Positions 12,627-25,972 of a stretch of DNA of 64,000 bases are shown here, piece after piece (the first letter of the stretch is position 1; the number at the start of each line of letters is the position of its first letter). Origin of the DNA: Octopus sinensis (lineage: Eukaryota). The DNA lies in NCBI RefSeq assembly GCF_006345805.1, contig NC_043002.1, positions 111,600,001-111,664,000 on the forward strand. The letters are read 5' to 3'. Under the pieces are notes generated by a model that was not told the origin of the DNA, made no database searches, and saw only the letters and a list, made by a program, of their open reading frames with translations. The position numbers were made by a program, and so were the translations under genes.

Positions 12627-12826
12627 CTGGAAATGAAAAATGTATTATTGAATTAAGAAAAATAAATACGCTTTGTTAACTTGAAGTTTGATTATATTGT
12701 GCGAGTGCATGTATTTACACACACGCACACACATACAAACACAAGCACGCGCACGCGCGCACACACACACGCGCACGAACGCACGCACATCTTGCTGTGT
12801 TTGCGTTCACATAAATGATAAGGTAA

Positions 12827-13223
12827 TCTTTATATATAAAAGTGAGGTTGTGTGCTGTCTGTCTCCTACGATTTAGATTCCTAACTACTCCCACATTTTG
12901 CGGTGCAGTGTAACCAAAACCGGGTATCTTATATTCGTGATTCATATCGAGCCCTTCTGGGTATTAGCGCGCGTCTACGATGAGTCTACGATTAAAAAAA
13001 AAATTACCATCAATTTTTCCCATTTTTAATGCATTTTTGGCATATATAAGGGAAGTAACTCTCTAAAAATTTATTATTAAATCTCAGAACGTAAAAAGCT
13101 ACAGTAACACAACCTCCCTTTGTGGTTAGCCATATTGAGATGGCTATAATACTTTACATCTCTAAAAATGCTTATATAGTTATTTCCCTTACAAACCCGA
13201 GCAACGCCGGGCGATACTGCTAG
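12827..13223 (+). mobile_element. Non-autonomous Helitron
   Basis: Same family; A|TC...CTAG|T. Confidence 0.85.
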
Positions 13224-13625
13224 TCATTATTAAAGAGATTTGTTTAGGAGTAAGATTACGGTTTAATAGCTGCCAAAGTACAACAGTGGAATCTTGAGAT
13301 AATGGTGTAGAAAATGAAGAAAATGTCCTTTGGATATATCAATAGTGGTAGAGAACCCGAGGTTTAGAGGAAAGCCACTCCTGTGGTTATTCTTCCAAGC
13401 AGAGCTTTGCATTCAATATCTTCATAAGAATACCTGTTAAGACAGCTCGAGAAAGTTGACATTTGCATTTTAATTGGCGAGACGTTGACATAACAGAGAT
13501 TGAAAACAACCAAAATAATGGTATTAAAACATTTTATCCTTAATAGAATGTGAAGTAATTGTGGCAGTTATATATAATTACAATGTTTCAGGTTATAAAT
13601 TACATATTTCGTGTATACATAAGAT

Positions 13626-13997
13626 GGAGGCGCAGTGGCCCAGTGGTTAGGGCAGCGGACTCGCGGTCATAGGATCGCGGTTTCGATTCCCAGACCGGGC
13701 GTTGTGAGTGTTTATTGAGCGAAAACACGTAAAGCTCCACGAGGCTCCGGCAGGGGGTGGTGATCCCTGCTGTACTCTTTCACCACAACTTTCTCTTACT
13801 TCCTGTTTCTGTTGTACCTGTATTTCAAAGGGCCGGTCTTGTCACTCTCTGTGTCACGCTGAATATCCCCGAGAACTACGTTAAGGGTACACGTGTCTGT
13901 GGAGTGCTCAGCCATTTACACGTTAATTTCACGAGCAGGCTGTTCCGTTGATTCAGATCAACCGGAACCCTCGTCGTCGTAACCGACGGAGTGCTTG
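13626..13997 (+). mobile_element. SINE family C
   Basis: Full length; TSD atacataagat. Confidence 0.9.
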
Positions 13998-14131
13998 CAA
14001 ATACATAAGATGCAGTAGGAGGTGTTTGTATCAACAAAAGATATATTTCTTTGATATGAATATGCTTTCGTGATTGCATATGAATGGATCTCTGGTTATT
14101 TCCAGGTGCTCATTTCAGTTTTCTTCTTTAT

Positions 14132-14502
14132 AGGCGCAGGAGTGGCTGTGTGGTAAGCAGCTTGCTAACCAACCACATGGTTCCGGGTTCAGTCCCACTG
14201 CGTGGCATCTTGGGCAAGTGTCTTCTGCTATAGCCTCGGGCCGACCAATTCCTGTCGTATATATGTATATATATATGTGTGTGTCTGTGTGTGTGTTTGT
14301 GTGTGTGTTTGTCCCCCTAGCATTGCTTGACAACCGATGCTGGTGTGTTTACGTCCCCGTCACTTAGCGGTTCGGCAAAAGAGACCGATAGAATCAGTAC
14401 TGGGCTTACAAAGAATAAGTCCCGGGGTCGATTTGCTCGACTAAAGGCGGTGCTCCAGCATGGCCGCAGTCAAATGACTGAAACAAGTAAAAGAGTAAAG
14501 AG
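14132..14502 (+). mobile_element. tRNA-derived SINE, family A
   Basis: ggcgcaggagtggctgtgtggtaag head, central (TA/TG)n, tail ...gactgaaacaagtaaaagagt. Confidence 0.9.
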
Positions 14503-14606
14503 TAAGCAATACATAGGATGGAGTGAAAGAAATATATAAAAAAAAACCAAATTGTGTAATTGTTGTTAGATTTAAAGAAAGAATAAAGGGAAGAAAGAAG
14601 GCTTAC

Positions 14607-14796
14607 ATTATCAGGCATTGCTTGACTGCCTTGGTCAAAATAAGGATCATAATCATATGTCTGGTTACTATCCAAGTTCCCGTGAAGTACTGAGATATTC
14701 CTCACCATCATATTAATGTTGGAGCTGCTTATGTTGATGATGCTGGTTTTTGGTACAATCGCTTTTGCCGTGTAATCTTCTAAAAGATGTCTCAAC
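14607..14796 (-). CDS. Adhesion GPCR exon: GAIN A/B junction
   Basis: gtgaag|...|gtaagc, 190 nt, phase 2 to 0; LRHLLEDYTAKAIVPKTSIINISSSNINMMVR...AMPDN. Confidence 0.85.
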
Positions 14797-14937
14797 CTTC
14801 ACAAATAAAGAACAAAGTGGAAATGAGAGGAGGAACATTGTAAGGTGTTGCAGCGAGGAACATTAGCGGTTTCTTGCAAGATACACAAGGCCCATTTCAG
14901 GTAACTGTGATAAACAGGCAAGAGATATTCTGTTAAA

Positions 14938-15437
14938 TCTTTATATATAAAAGTGAAGTTGTGTGTCTGTCTCCTACGATTTAGATTCCTAACTACTCCC
15001 ACATTTTGCGGTGCAGTTTAACCAAAACCGGGTATCTTATAGTCGTGATTCATATCGAGCCCTTCTGGGTATTAGCGCGCGTCTACGATGAGTCAACGAT
15101 TTAAAAAAAAAATTACCATAATTTTTTTCCATTTTAATGCATTTTTTTCGCTATTATATAAGGGAAGTAACTCTCTAAAAATGTCTACGATGAGTCAACG
15201 ATTTAAAAAAAAATTTACCATAATTTTTTTTCCATTTTAAAGCATTTTTTCGCCATTATATAAGGGAAGTAACTCTCTAAAAATGTCTACGATGAGTCAA
15301 CGATTTAAAAAAAATTTACCATAATTTTTCCCATTTTTAATGCATTTTTTGCTATTATATAAGGTAAGTAACTCTCTAAAAATGCTCATATAGTTATTTC
15401 CCTTACAAACCCGAGCAACGCCGAGCGATACTGCTAG
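14938..15437 (+). mobile_element. Non-autonomous Helitron with an internal ~105-bp unit in three copies
   Basis: Same termini; tctacgatgagtcaacgattt...ctctctaaaaatg unit repeated. Confidence 0.85.
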
Positions 15438-15904
15438 TATTCAATAAAACTAAGCACATTATCTTTTATGAAGAAACATGAAAACACCCATGACAAGTTG
15501 GCTGAACCAGTGGACTGTAATATAGAATATATTACGAGGTTTCATTTCATTTTTCTCGATTCCGAGATTATATCTTATCTAGAACAAATACTGGACGTCA
15601 CATGACTTGTGCTCTAAAAGATAAGGTTGGCTCTACAGACATCGGAAGGGAAGAGGAAAGTCTATTCCGTGAAGATTTCAACTTAGAAAGTATATGCACA
15701 CACAGACACACGCACGCACGCACGCACGCACACACATACACACACACACGCATGCACACACACAGACACAACACACACACACGCATGCACACACACAGAC
15801 ACAACACACACACCACAATGAAGTCGCAAGGTGATGCATCGTGTTATCTGGAGTGAATTGGACATTTGTAGACCTGACAGCACATCCTAAAGGCAATGCC
15901 ACTA

Positions 15905-16001
<97 letters not shown>

Positions 16002-16096
16002 GAAGTATTTTAATTCAGAGTGCAGACAGCAGCCGGAACGAACATAGCAAGGTGATCAATCCGACTAACGACTCAGCCAATTCATATATATATATA

Positions 16097-16479
16097 TCTC
16101 TCTCTATATAAACGGCAGTTTGTCTGTGTGTGTTTCTGTGTGTCTGTTTGCTTGTACCCTCACCCTGACCACGGCTTTCAACCGATTCTGATGAAACTTG
16201 ACACACACATAGCCCAATGTCATAATTCAAAACTAACGCAGCGAAAATTTTGAAAAGTTCCCCCAGTTCTGAAAAAAATCGATAAATTCGACATGGGGTC
16301 GAGAATCAGAAACACAAACCACAAACTGTCTAGGGGACGCAACTCCACCTTTTTTAACTCTCAAAAAAAATTACCATCATTTTTTTCCATATTTTTGCTA
16401 TTTTTTGGCTATAACTCTCTAAAAATGCTTTATAGTTATTTCCCTTACAAACCTGAGCAACGCCGGGCGATACTGCTAG
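16097..16479 (+). mobile_element. Non-autonomous Helitron with a variant 5' module
   Basis: Shared 3' hairpin and CTAG|T; different 5' half. Confidence 0.75.
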
Positions 16480-16504
<25 letters not shown>

Positions 16505-16512
<8 letters not shown>

Positions 16513-16789
16513 ATCACGTGACCGACCAGACCATCAGATGTTGTTACACATCGCTGGCCACAATGCGTTCGCATTGTTTTAGCCTTCGAATGACGCCACC
16601 CCGCTGGCTAGGCGAGCAGGCCAACAGAAGAAAGAGTGAGAGAAAGAGTGGTGAAAGAGTACAGCAGGGATCACCACCATCCCCTGCCGGAGCCTCGTGG
16701 AGCTTTAGGTGTTTGCGCTCAATAAACACTCACAACGCCCGGTCTGGGAATCGAAACCGCGATCCTGCGACCGCGAGGCCATTGCGCCT

Positions 16790-16790
<1 letters not shown>
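16505..16790 (-). mobile_element. SINE with a family C head and a different 3' tail (tail fragments also at about 19550-19668 and 38450-38565)
   Basis: Head identical to family C; tail is cctgctcgc...ggtcacgtga. Confidence 0.8.
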
Positions 16791-16883
<93 letters not shown>

Positions 16884-17444
16884 GTATGTATGTATATATA
16901 TATATGTATATACATATATACATATATATATATACATATATGTATATATATATATAGGAAGTAAATGCCGCTAGAGGCATTTTGTCGGACACTTTATCGT
17001 TTCTATCAAATCATGTTCAAGGTACGAATAAACCCTTCCTACTAAAGGCCTGAAATTTTGTGGGGAGGAGCTAGTAGATTACAACAACCCCACTTCTTGA
17101 TTGGTACTTCATTTGTCGACCCCGAAAAGATGAAAAGCTAAGTCGATCTTGGCGGAATTTGAAATCAGACTATGAAGACAGACGAAATACCACCAAGCAT
17201 TTTGTCCGGCGTGCAACCGATTCAGCCAGCTTGTTGCCTGTTCAAAGATAACAATAAATAACAATAATGGTTTCTTAAACATGCATAGATTTTGGCGGAG
17301 GGTAACAATTGATTATATCGACCTCATTACTTTATTTTTTAATTTTTTGTTTGCTGTGTGTGCAATTTATGTGTGTGTGAACGCGGGCGCACAAATATCC
17401 CTCAAATATCATATTCAGAAAATAGATAAGTATTTTCGATATAC

Positions 17445-17539
17445 CTGTCGCTGGTCTTGTTCCGTTTGTTGCTGCTTGTCAAGACAGTTGCATTGACTTC
17501 CAACATGTTACTGATTACATCTGTCATAGTAGCAGCCAT
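17445..17539 (-). CDS. Adhesion GPCR exon: GAIN subdomain A
   Basis: ccttttcag|...|gtatat, 95 nt, phase 0 to 2; MAATMTDVISNMLEVNATVLTSSNKRNKTSD(R); phase joins the next exon. Confidence 0.85.
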
Positions 17540-17577
17540 CTGAAAAGGGGAGAAAATAATTCATGCTATCTTTGATA

Positions 17578-17878
17578 TCTATATATATAAAAGAGAAGTT
17601 GTGTGGTGTCTGTCTCCTACGATTTAGATTCCTAACTACTCCCACATTTTGCGGTGCAGTTTAACCAAAAGCGGGTATCTTATAGTCGTGATTCATATCG
17701 AGCCCTTCTGGGTATCAGCGCGTGTCTACGATGAGTTTACGATTAAAAAAAAATTTACCATAATTTTTTTCCATTTTTAATGCATTTTTTTGCTATTATA
17801 TAAGGGAAGTAACTCTCTAAAAATGCTTATATAGTTATTTCCCTTACAAACCCGAGCAACACCGGACGATACTGCTAG
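17578..17878 (+). mobile_element. Non-autonomous Helitron (short form)
   Basis: A|TC...CTAG|T; lies 38 bp from a GPCR exon acceptor. Confidence 0.85.
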
Positions 17879-18244
17879 TCAACAAATATAAGGATTATTT
17901 CATCAGACCAAAAAGGTTTGTTGTGATTGTTTTTTATAGTCATTGAGATTAGAAAATAAAATTGTACTTAAGACATTTGAAAATACGAATGTCTTCGATC
18001 AGTCGTGTGGTCAATGACATTGAGTTCCTTCCACCAACCACGAAAAAACTGAATCAGCGGGAACATTGCCATATGACGGAAAGGGATTAGATTTTTTTAA
18101 ATCAGGAATTAGTAGATTAACGGTTGATGCAGATGTCAAGCTTTCCAATGAGACAGAGATCACAAAAATTGACCCGTTTCTTAACCGTGATGCTCTGTCT
18201 AATTCCTCATAAGATGTTCGTATTACCTATGCTTCAAATTGTGT

Positions 18245-18800
18245 TTAGATAGTTATGTAGCTTCTCCAGGCGGTTCTTGCAAAACAAGCTGTTTGTTTGA
18301 GCAGGCAGGCCTTTAATGTGTTCTCTGCCACCCTGCTTAGGTTGGTTTGATTATACTCCGGCGCTGAATACGATGGCCTTTTTCTAGGAATTTGCCTTTC
18401 AGGAGTGACAGATATATACCACGACAATTGCATGTAGGCTTTGTAATTGTCGGTGAGGTCGTACAATACCTACATCATGGTCCTTTATGGTCCTTTATGA
18501 TGCTAGACACGTCCCTCATACAGATGAAACTCATATCAACACAGCTGGTGGAATCTGTGTCCGCTAAGAAAGTGTTTACTGATGAAAGAGAGGGGAAGCT
18601 TTTGCAACACTGATTTTTAATTTGGTGTTGTATATTGGGTTGTACAATCTAACGTTCCTTGTGTGATTATGGGAAGGGGTTGTTTGCTTTATGTAAGCAT
18701 TTAATTTAATTTGAATAGCGTCTGTGTGCAAGCAGTTCGCTGTTGTAGATTACAGCCTTGTTAACATCCTGTTTGAGGATAAAGAGTTTATCTTCTAACT
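18245..18800 (-). mobile_element. Degenerate Penelope-like element (RT C-terminus / GIY-YIG endonuclease region)
   Basis: Frameshifted peptides VDMSFICMRDVSSIIKDHK, KPTCNCR...LKGKFLEKAIVFSAGV and SRVAENTLK resemble the PLE SYSCM.N..SII, CNCR..CPL.GKCL and YIG..ENTFK motifs. Confidence 0.7.
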
Positions 18801-19517
18801 GATACTGTTAGGTGTATGTTCCCGATTTTGCGTGGTTATTTAAAAGAGTGGTATTTCAAACACCCACCATATCCATACGATGAATAAAAGGCTTTCAAAT
18901 ATCTCCTAGCTATCATTTCTATTTCCATTTTCTTAGTGTTAGTGATGACTACAATTAACTGTCAGATTGATTGCACGAAATGCACTTGTATACACAAGCA
19001 CACGCACGCATTAAATTATAAGGTATACCTAATGAAGATATCTAAAATGTCGCCTGCTGTGAAAAATCAAAATGGTTGTAGTATACGATATATCTCTTAG
19101 TAGAAAAAAGTATCAATCAAGTGGAGAGAAAATTTTAGCAAATAAAGAATACACATCTATCCACAGACATCTTTAGCTAATGTCTGATTATATTGAATAT
19201 CATCTCGGGCAGAGCTAAACTGGTGTGTCTAATTTGCACAACTGTTCATTTGCTGATACACAGATTAAATAACTAAGCAATAGCTAATTATATAACACTT
19301 TTGGGATAGTTTGAAATGTAAGATGTATCATTTTAATAATGATACATTTTAGCCTTGCAGTAGAAAGTAAACAATTAGATCTTCCCATGGAGAGATAAAA
19401 CCCGTGAGAAACAGCTTTGTTTACTTATCACAGCCAGGGTACATTGTATGTTTATTAATAAAGTATTCCTTACAATTAAAAAAGGAATAACCCCCCCCAA
19501 CCTTCTCACTGTTAGTG

Positions 19518-19557
<40 letters not shown>

Positions 19558-19665
19558 ACGTCACGTGACCGACCAGACCAGCAGATGTTGCTACATATCG
19601 CTGGTCACAATGCGTTCGCATTGTTTTAGTCTTCGAATGACGCCACCCGCTGGCTAAGCGAGCAG

Positions 19666-19772
<107 letters not shown>

Positions 19773-19947
19773 ACATATGTACATACATATGCATACATAC
19801 ATAGTCATAAACTTATACACATAAGCATACTTTCCGTTTCGAATGTATCACATCGATTAAACTTTTGTACAATTTGAAAATGTTTATAATATTATATGAC
19901 TAACCGACTACACTCACATACATATAATATATGTAAATATATACTCT

Positions 19948-19979
<32 letters not shown>

Positions 19980-19988
19980 TTCACTCAC

Positions 19989-20129
19989 CTCAACATCTTC
20001 AAGCGAATACGTGAAAATGTTCTCCAAATCCTCTGTTAGATTAGCCACTTGATCGGCAGTCAGAGCCGAAGGATCTTCCGCTATGGCTTGTAGTCCCTGT
20101 AAAGTCTCTGAAGCTTTCTCACGACCAAT
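19989..20129 (-). CDS. Adhesion GPCR exon: GAIN subdomain A
   Basis: ttttcatag|...|gtgagt, 141 nt, phase 0-0; IGREKASETLQGLQAIAEDPSALTADQVANLTEDLENIFTYSLEDVE. Confidence 0.85.
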
Positions 20130-20885
20130 CTATGAAAATAACAACAGTAATACCGGAAACAACATTAGTTACAACAACAATTATGAGGCCAGTGCTAACA
20201 GTTTTCAATGCATATTAGAGCATTGTCGAAGCGCAGGTTTTTTTTGTAGCTACCATCTTTATAGTACTTTCGATCTAATCCAAAATACATTTATATATGT
20301 ATACATGTCTATACCCTCTCCCCCAACAAATTTATATTATTTGTCCGCGCACACATTTCACCATTGTTGCTGTTTGGAATAATTCTGCCTTGGATATTCG
20401 AAGTGCAATCGGATACTTAACCATAACGGATCATCAGCGACACTACTTCTCCGTAATAAAAAAGCAATAAAGTGTTCGGTGATAATTCACTGTAGTTAAG
20501 CGTCCAATTGCACTTGGAACATCCAATGTAGAGTTCGAAGCAACCACAATAGTGAAACACACAGAGGAACAAATAGACATGAGTTTATCGTAATTTCTCC
20601 TACCTTTGCTCTGTATATCGTTACTAGTCATAGAGTTATGATATACAGAAGTATAGGAATTGCTTAACAATACTGGAAGCAGACAGGACAATGATAATCT
20701 ACGTGGATCACTAAAACTGAACAGTAGCAGTTGTATATCTATTTATACAGACAAGATACACTATACATGTATGTATGTCATTATTCAGTTTATTTTAAGA
20801 TTTCTTGCCATAGAGAAAGAACCGCTTTCTAACCTAGATCCAAGGTTCCTTCATTGGAATTTCAACATCAACAACAAAGTATTTT

Positions 20886-20888
<3 letters not shown>

Positions 20889-20917
<29 letters not shown>

Positions 20918-21363
20918 TGTATGTATGTATGTATGTATGTATGTATGTATGTATGTATGTATGTATGTATGTGTGTGTATGTATGTATGTATGTATGTAT
21001 GTATGTATGTATGTATGTATGTATGTATGTATGTACGTATGTACGTATGTATGTATGTATGTATGTATGTATGTATGTATGTATGTATGTATGTATGTAT
21101 ATGTGTATGTATGTATGTACGTACGTATGTATGTATGTATGTATGTATGTACGTACGTATGTATGTATGTATGTATGTATGTATGTACGTACGTACGTAG
21201 TACGTATGTATGTATGTACGTACGTACGTACGTACGTATGTATGTATGTATGTATGTATGTATGTATGTATGTATGTATGTACGTACGTATGTATGTATG
21301 TATATATGATGTATGTATGTGTGATGTATGTATGTATGTATGTATGTATTTTTTGTATGTATG

Positions 21364-21395
<32 letters not shown>

Positions 21396-21500
21396 TGTAT
21401 GTACGTACGTATGTATGCATGTATGTATTTATGTATGTATGTATGTACGTATGTATTTATGTATGTATGTATGTATGTATGTATGTACAGATTTGTATGT
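20889..21500. repeat. Long (TATG)n/(TACG)n microsatellite; many other (AC)n, (GA)n, (TA)n and (TATG)n tracts throughout, e.g. 438-508, 660-784, 979-1215, 1584-1700, 15909-15995
   Basis: Direct reading of the sequence. Confidence 0.98.
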
Positions 21501-21705
21501 TTTATGTATGTATTCAATCATTTGGCTATGGTCCAGCAAGGCCATAGCCAAATGATTGAAACAAGTAAAAAAAATAATGAAAGAATATTATTGACAACTC
21601 TGATGATGGTACAGATGAGCCATAATTGATAAGACCTATGAACAGAATGAAAGGTAATTATTATGGTTGTTATACCGAAAATAAATAAATAGAAAAAGTA
21701 CAATA

Positions 21706-21868
21706 GGCGCAGGAGTGGCTGTGTGGTAAGTAGCTTGCTAACCAACCACATGGTTGCGGGTTCAGTCCCACTGCGTGGCATCTTGGGCAAGTGTCTACTG
21801 CTATAGCCCCGGGCCGACCAATGCCTTGTGAGTGGATTTGGTAGACGGAAACTGAAAGAAGCCTGTCG

Positions 21869-21941
<73 letters not shown>

Positions 21942-22148
21942 TGTGTGTGTTTGTCCCCTAGCATTGCTTGACAACCGATGCTGGTGTATTTATGTCCCCG
22001 TCACCTAGCGGTTCGGCAAAAGAGACCGATAGAATAAGTACTGAGCTTACAAAGAATAAGTCCCGGGGTCGATTTGCTTGACTAATAAAGGCGGTGCTCC
22101 AGCATCGCCGCAGTCAAATGACTGAAACAAGTAAAAGAGTAAAAAGTA
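21706..22148 (+). mobile_element. SINE family A
   Basis: Full length; ends about 16 bp from the HormR exon donor. Confidence 0.9.
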
Positions 22149-22164
22149 CAATTGTGTATCTTAC

Positions 22165-22361
22165 TTCGAGACATAATGTCGTATTCATATCGAGCCAGAC
22201 AACCTTTCCCAGTGTTGTATTAAAGTAACATTGACGAGAAGCGGTCATCTGAGAATCTGCTGGGTCATTACTGCATGGCAGGTCCACTGTATTGTTAAAT
22301 GTAGTTTCAGGCCAGTTGTACTTTCCACTTTTGTCTGTTTGAAGCTCCTCGGGACATGTGA
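22165..22361 (-). CDS. Adhesion GPCR exon: hormone-receptor (HormR/HRM) domain
   Basis: ttttctag|...|gtaaga, phase 1 to 0; TCPEELQTDKSGKYNWPETTFNNTVDLPCSNDPADSQMTASRQCYFNTTLGKVVWLDMNTTLCLE shows the C..W..C..A.R.C..W..C HormR pattern. Confidence 0.9.
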
Positions 22362-22484
22362 CTAGAAAAATAAAACAATATATAAAATTTTAGACTGATG
22401 TCTTTGTTTTTCTGTGCTATACACCCACACACGCACGCGCACAGGTGTGATTGGATATGCTTGCCGCGCGACAGTTAAACCATT

Positions 22485-22745
22485 CGAGTTTCAGTTCTAA
22501 TATTCATGGATCTGATGTCAGTTCCTTAACCCATGAGTAAAAGAAGAGCACTACAGTCCAAAGAAGAAGACTACCTCCTTCAGACCATCTGTCTTTCCTC
22601 ATCGACACACACTCCATGCATTCTCGGCGCGAGCATCGCCCATACATGCTCCCATGACGTCTTTCTGTACACGTAGCACGACTCTTCCTTTTACATAGTT
22701 TACTTTTAGGTACAACTCTCCTTTGGTTGCCATCATTTCAAAAAT
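22485..22745 (-). mobile_element. Second, partial Merlin copy (N-terminal part)
   Basis: Closely similar to about 24175-24500 with an internal deletion. Confidence 0.75.
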
Positions 22746-23189
22746 TTTGAGTTTATTGAAAATTTAAAAAATTGGCACAATAATATACTTTTTCAAGCTG
22801 AATTGCTGGAGTTATTTCACTTTTCCCAGAAAAATGTTTATCAAAAGTTATCGAGGTTTAAAGTTTGGTCATTTTCACCCAGTCAGGAAACAATATTTGG
22901 AAGCTGTCATTTTGTGCGTGACTGCACATTTTGTCGTAAACATCCTCAAAATAGTACATGTTGTCAAGAAAGAGTAAACAACACGTTTTTTGTAATTTTA
23001 AGCACTGCGATAGCACGAACTTAAAATATTTATCCAAAAACGTTATTTAGCTGTTACTTTTAGCACACTCACAACCACCTCAATGACAAAAAGAAATGAG
23101 TAAACAATACATATTTTGTAGTTTTAAGCATTCAGCATGCATTTAATGCGATAGCATGAACTTTAAAAGATTTATCAAAAAATATCATC

Positions 23190-23628
23190 TGAGCGCTACA
23201 TCATCTGCATGATGTGGAAAATATTCCATCAGCATTGCCAAAATGATGTTGGCATCACCTTTAAGGTACATCCAAGGCTTGGGCCCCGTGCCATCCGCCC
23301 ACAACAAAAATCGCACTCTCATCTCATAACAACAATACGGCACAATTATTTCACCTCAATTGGCCCCGCTCTCTTTAACATTACACCAAAACACATTAAA
23401 ACAGAAACAGACCCTATAGGGTTCAAGAAGTCTTTGGACAGATTCCTTCAAGAAATCCCGGATAAACCCCCTACACCCGGATATGTCTCTGTAAACAATA
23501 ACTCTCTACTTGAGTGGGCCATAGTGCCCAAATTCTGACTTGAAAGACTTCACCAGGTGGTGCTATTAAGTTAGACATGGCCTGGGCCAATAATGGCCGA
23601 AACCTATCAAAGTATCAAAGTAAGTAAG
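23190..23628 (+). mobile_element. CR1/L2-like LINE 3' fragment
   Basis: GPALFNITP...FKKSLDRFLQEIPDKP...NNSLLEW, followed by a (tatcaaag)-type tail. Confidence 0.8.
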
Positions 23629-23699
23629 CTGTTATTTTCACCAATTTCTCAAACAAATCACAATTTTCTTATCTTCTGCGTCACATAAATTCAGAGTGA

Positions 23700-24500
23700 T
23701 ATGAATCTAGCTCAGAACGGTGAGCGCCACCGTTTATTACCTCGCTTCACAGAGGTCCATGTACTCTTCCCTTATTGAGTGTAGGTATCATCTTTCGGTT
23801 TAATAAACCCAAAGTTGTGGTTCAGCGTTCTATGCTCAAAATTGTAACCATCAATTTCAGGAACGTGAGAGTACGCCCTCCGCAAATCGCTGAAAATTGT
23901 GGTTCCTGGAAGAATCGAGTGACGTGTGCATTCTTCCAGTGTGTCACGATTCCATCATGGCGCCGCATACAGAAAAAACGTGTCTGGTCCCGCGACACAC
24001 TCCTCCGAAAACCCACTGTTCAGCTAGGACCCTTCCTCGGTTGTACTTACTTCTTGAGAAGACCGTTTCGTCGATCTCAACAATTTTCCCAGGACCACCA
24101 ACTTGAATTGGATGACGGAACAAGTCCTCTGTACATATTTCTCAAACATAGTTGTTATAATCAATGGCCCATCCCCAGTTCTTCAATACGAAATCGGACT
24201 GACGTCAGTTCCTTCACCCATGAGTAAAGGCAGAGCACTACAGTCCAAAGAAGAAGACTACCCCTTTCACACCATCTGTCTTTCCTCATCGACACACACT
24301 CCATGCATTCTCGGCGCGAGCATCGCCCGTACATGCTCCCATGACGTCTTTCTGTACACATAGCACGACCCTTCCTTTTACATAGTTTACTTTTAGGCAC
24401 AACATTCCTTTCTTGAAGGTTCGGCACAGTATCCTCCTCTGTTTTCAGTCTCTCCATCAAAGAAGCGAGGCTACAATAACTTGCTGCCATAATCAAACAG
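23700..24500 (-). mobile_element. Merlin (ISXO2/IS1595-like) transposase, degenerate
   Basis: VGGPGKIVEIDETVFSRSKYNRGRVLAEQWVFGGVSR, diagnostic of the Merlin/ISXO2 DDE region. Confidence 0.88.
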
Positions 24501-25218
24501 TAAAAATTTTCAACAGAACATAACTTGTCAACACGTGCTCTCTCTTAGATAAAAGAGTTCTCGAATCCGCTTGTTACTATGGAAACAGGTACGTACTTTT
24601 TTGCAGACAAAATAGTTCTCATGTTCCGCTAGCTACTATGGAAACAGGCATGCATGTATCTGTGGCTTACGATTGGCTAAAATTACCAAAGTTTTAAATT
24701 TTTAATTGCTAATAATTCTTTATTTATTGATTTATAGCGAAACTGATTTCCACATAATTTATTAGCCTATAAAGGTGCATCATTACACTGAATATGAATT
24801 AAATTCGAACAGAATTGATGCTGGCAACCAATCGAAGTAGATCCATATTTATTAATCGCGCTAAACGTCTACCGTCGCTTGTACACAGGTCGTCAGTATT
24901 CGAGGGTGCGCTATGACGTAATACAAAGGGCACAGCAATGATAAGGGAACATTGTGGGAAGAGGAGATAGGATAACAACAGAGAGGACTGGTATTTGTAA
25001 GGGTAACGGAGAGGCACTTAAGTTACTTTCACGTGACCTTATGGGGTGAGCGGGTAGAAAACATTCTGGAAAGGTAATGGGGTGCAATAAAGCGCTAGCC
25101 AAAATTCACTTAACACTTCAACAGTACTTTACTCATGGTAAAACAATAGTTTTTCTGTAAGTAACAACAGCGCAGATTTTGAGTGAGGAATACGATGTTG
25201 GTATGTCTACTGCTTATG

Positions 25219-25807
25219 CGGCGAGCTGGCAGAAACGTTAACGCACCGGGCGAAATGCTTAGCGGTATTTCGTCTGCGTTACGTTGTGATTTCAAATTCC
25301 GCCGAGGTCGACTTTGCCTTTCATCCTTTCGGGGTCGATAAATTAAGTACCAGTTACGCACTGGGGTCGAGGTAATCGACTTAATACCTATGTCTGTCCT
25401 TGTTTGTCCCCTCTGTGTTTAGCCCCTTGTGGTAATAAAGAAATAGGTATTTCGTCTGCCGCTATGTTCTGATTCAAATTCCGCCGAGGTCGACTTTGCC
25501 TTTCATCCTTCGGGTCGATAAATTAAGTACCAGTTACGCACGGGGGTCGATGTAATCGACTTAAACCTATGTCCGTCCTTGTTTTCCCCTCTGTGTTTAG
25601 CCCTTGTGGGTAATAAAGAAATAGGTATTTCGTCTGCCGCTATGTTCTGAGTTCAAATTCCGCCGAGGTCGACTTTGCCTTTCATCCTTTCGGGGTCGAT
25701 AAATTAAGTACCAGTTACGCACTGGGGTCGAGGTAATCGACTTAATACCTATGTCTGTCCTTGTTTGTCCCCTCTGTGTTTAGCCCCTTGTGGGTAATAA
25801 AGAAATA
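25219..25807 (+). mobile_element. SINE family B with its body in three tandem copies
   Basis: ggcgagctggcagaaacgtt head plus three 178-184 bp units; 19-bp TSD ggtatgtctactgcttatg. Confidence 0.9.
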
Positions 25808-25972
25808 GGTATGTCTACTGCTTATGGTATCAAGAAACAGAAAGAATAGAGACTTAAATTTCACAGTGACAGTGATGAACCTAAATTAATGGACAAACGA
25901 AAAACCTTACATCAGTCGAAGAGTGCTGACGTGGACTGGGTGTTTTTCAGAGGATTAATAAAGATCAAACAT

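Noticed and set aside
14938-15437. Regularly spaced repeats resembling a CRISPR array (also 60834-60953)
   Set aside because: Eukaryotic context, no unique spacers, no cas genes
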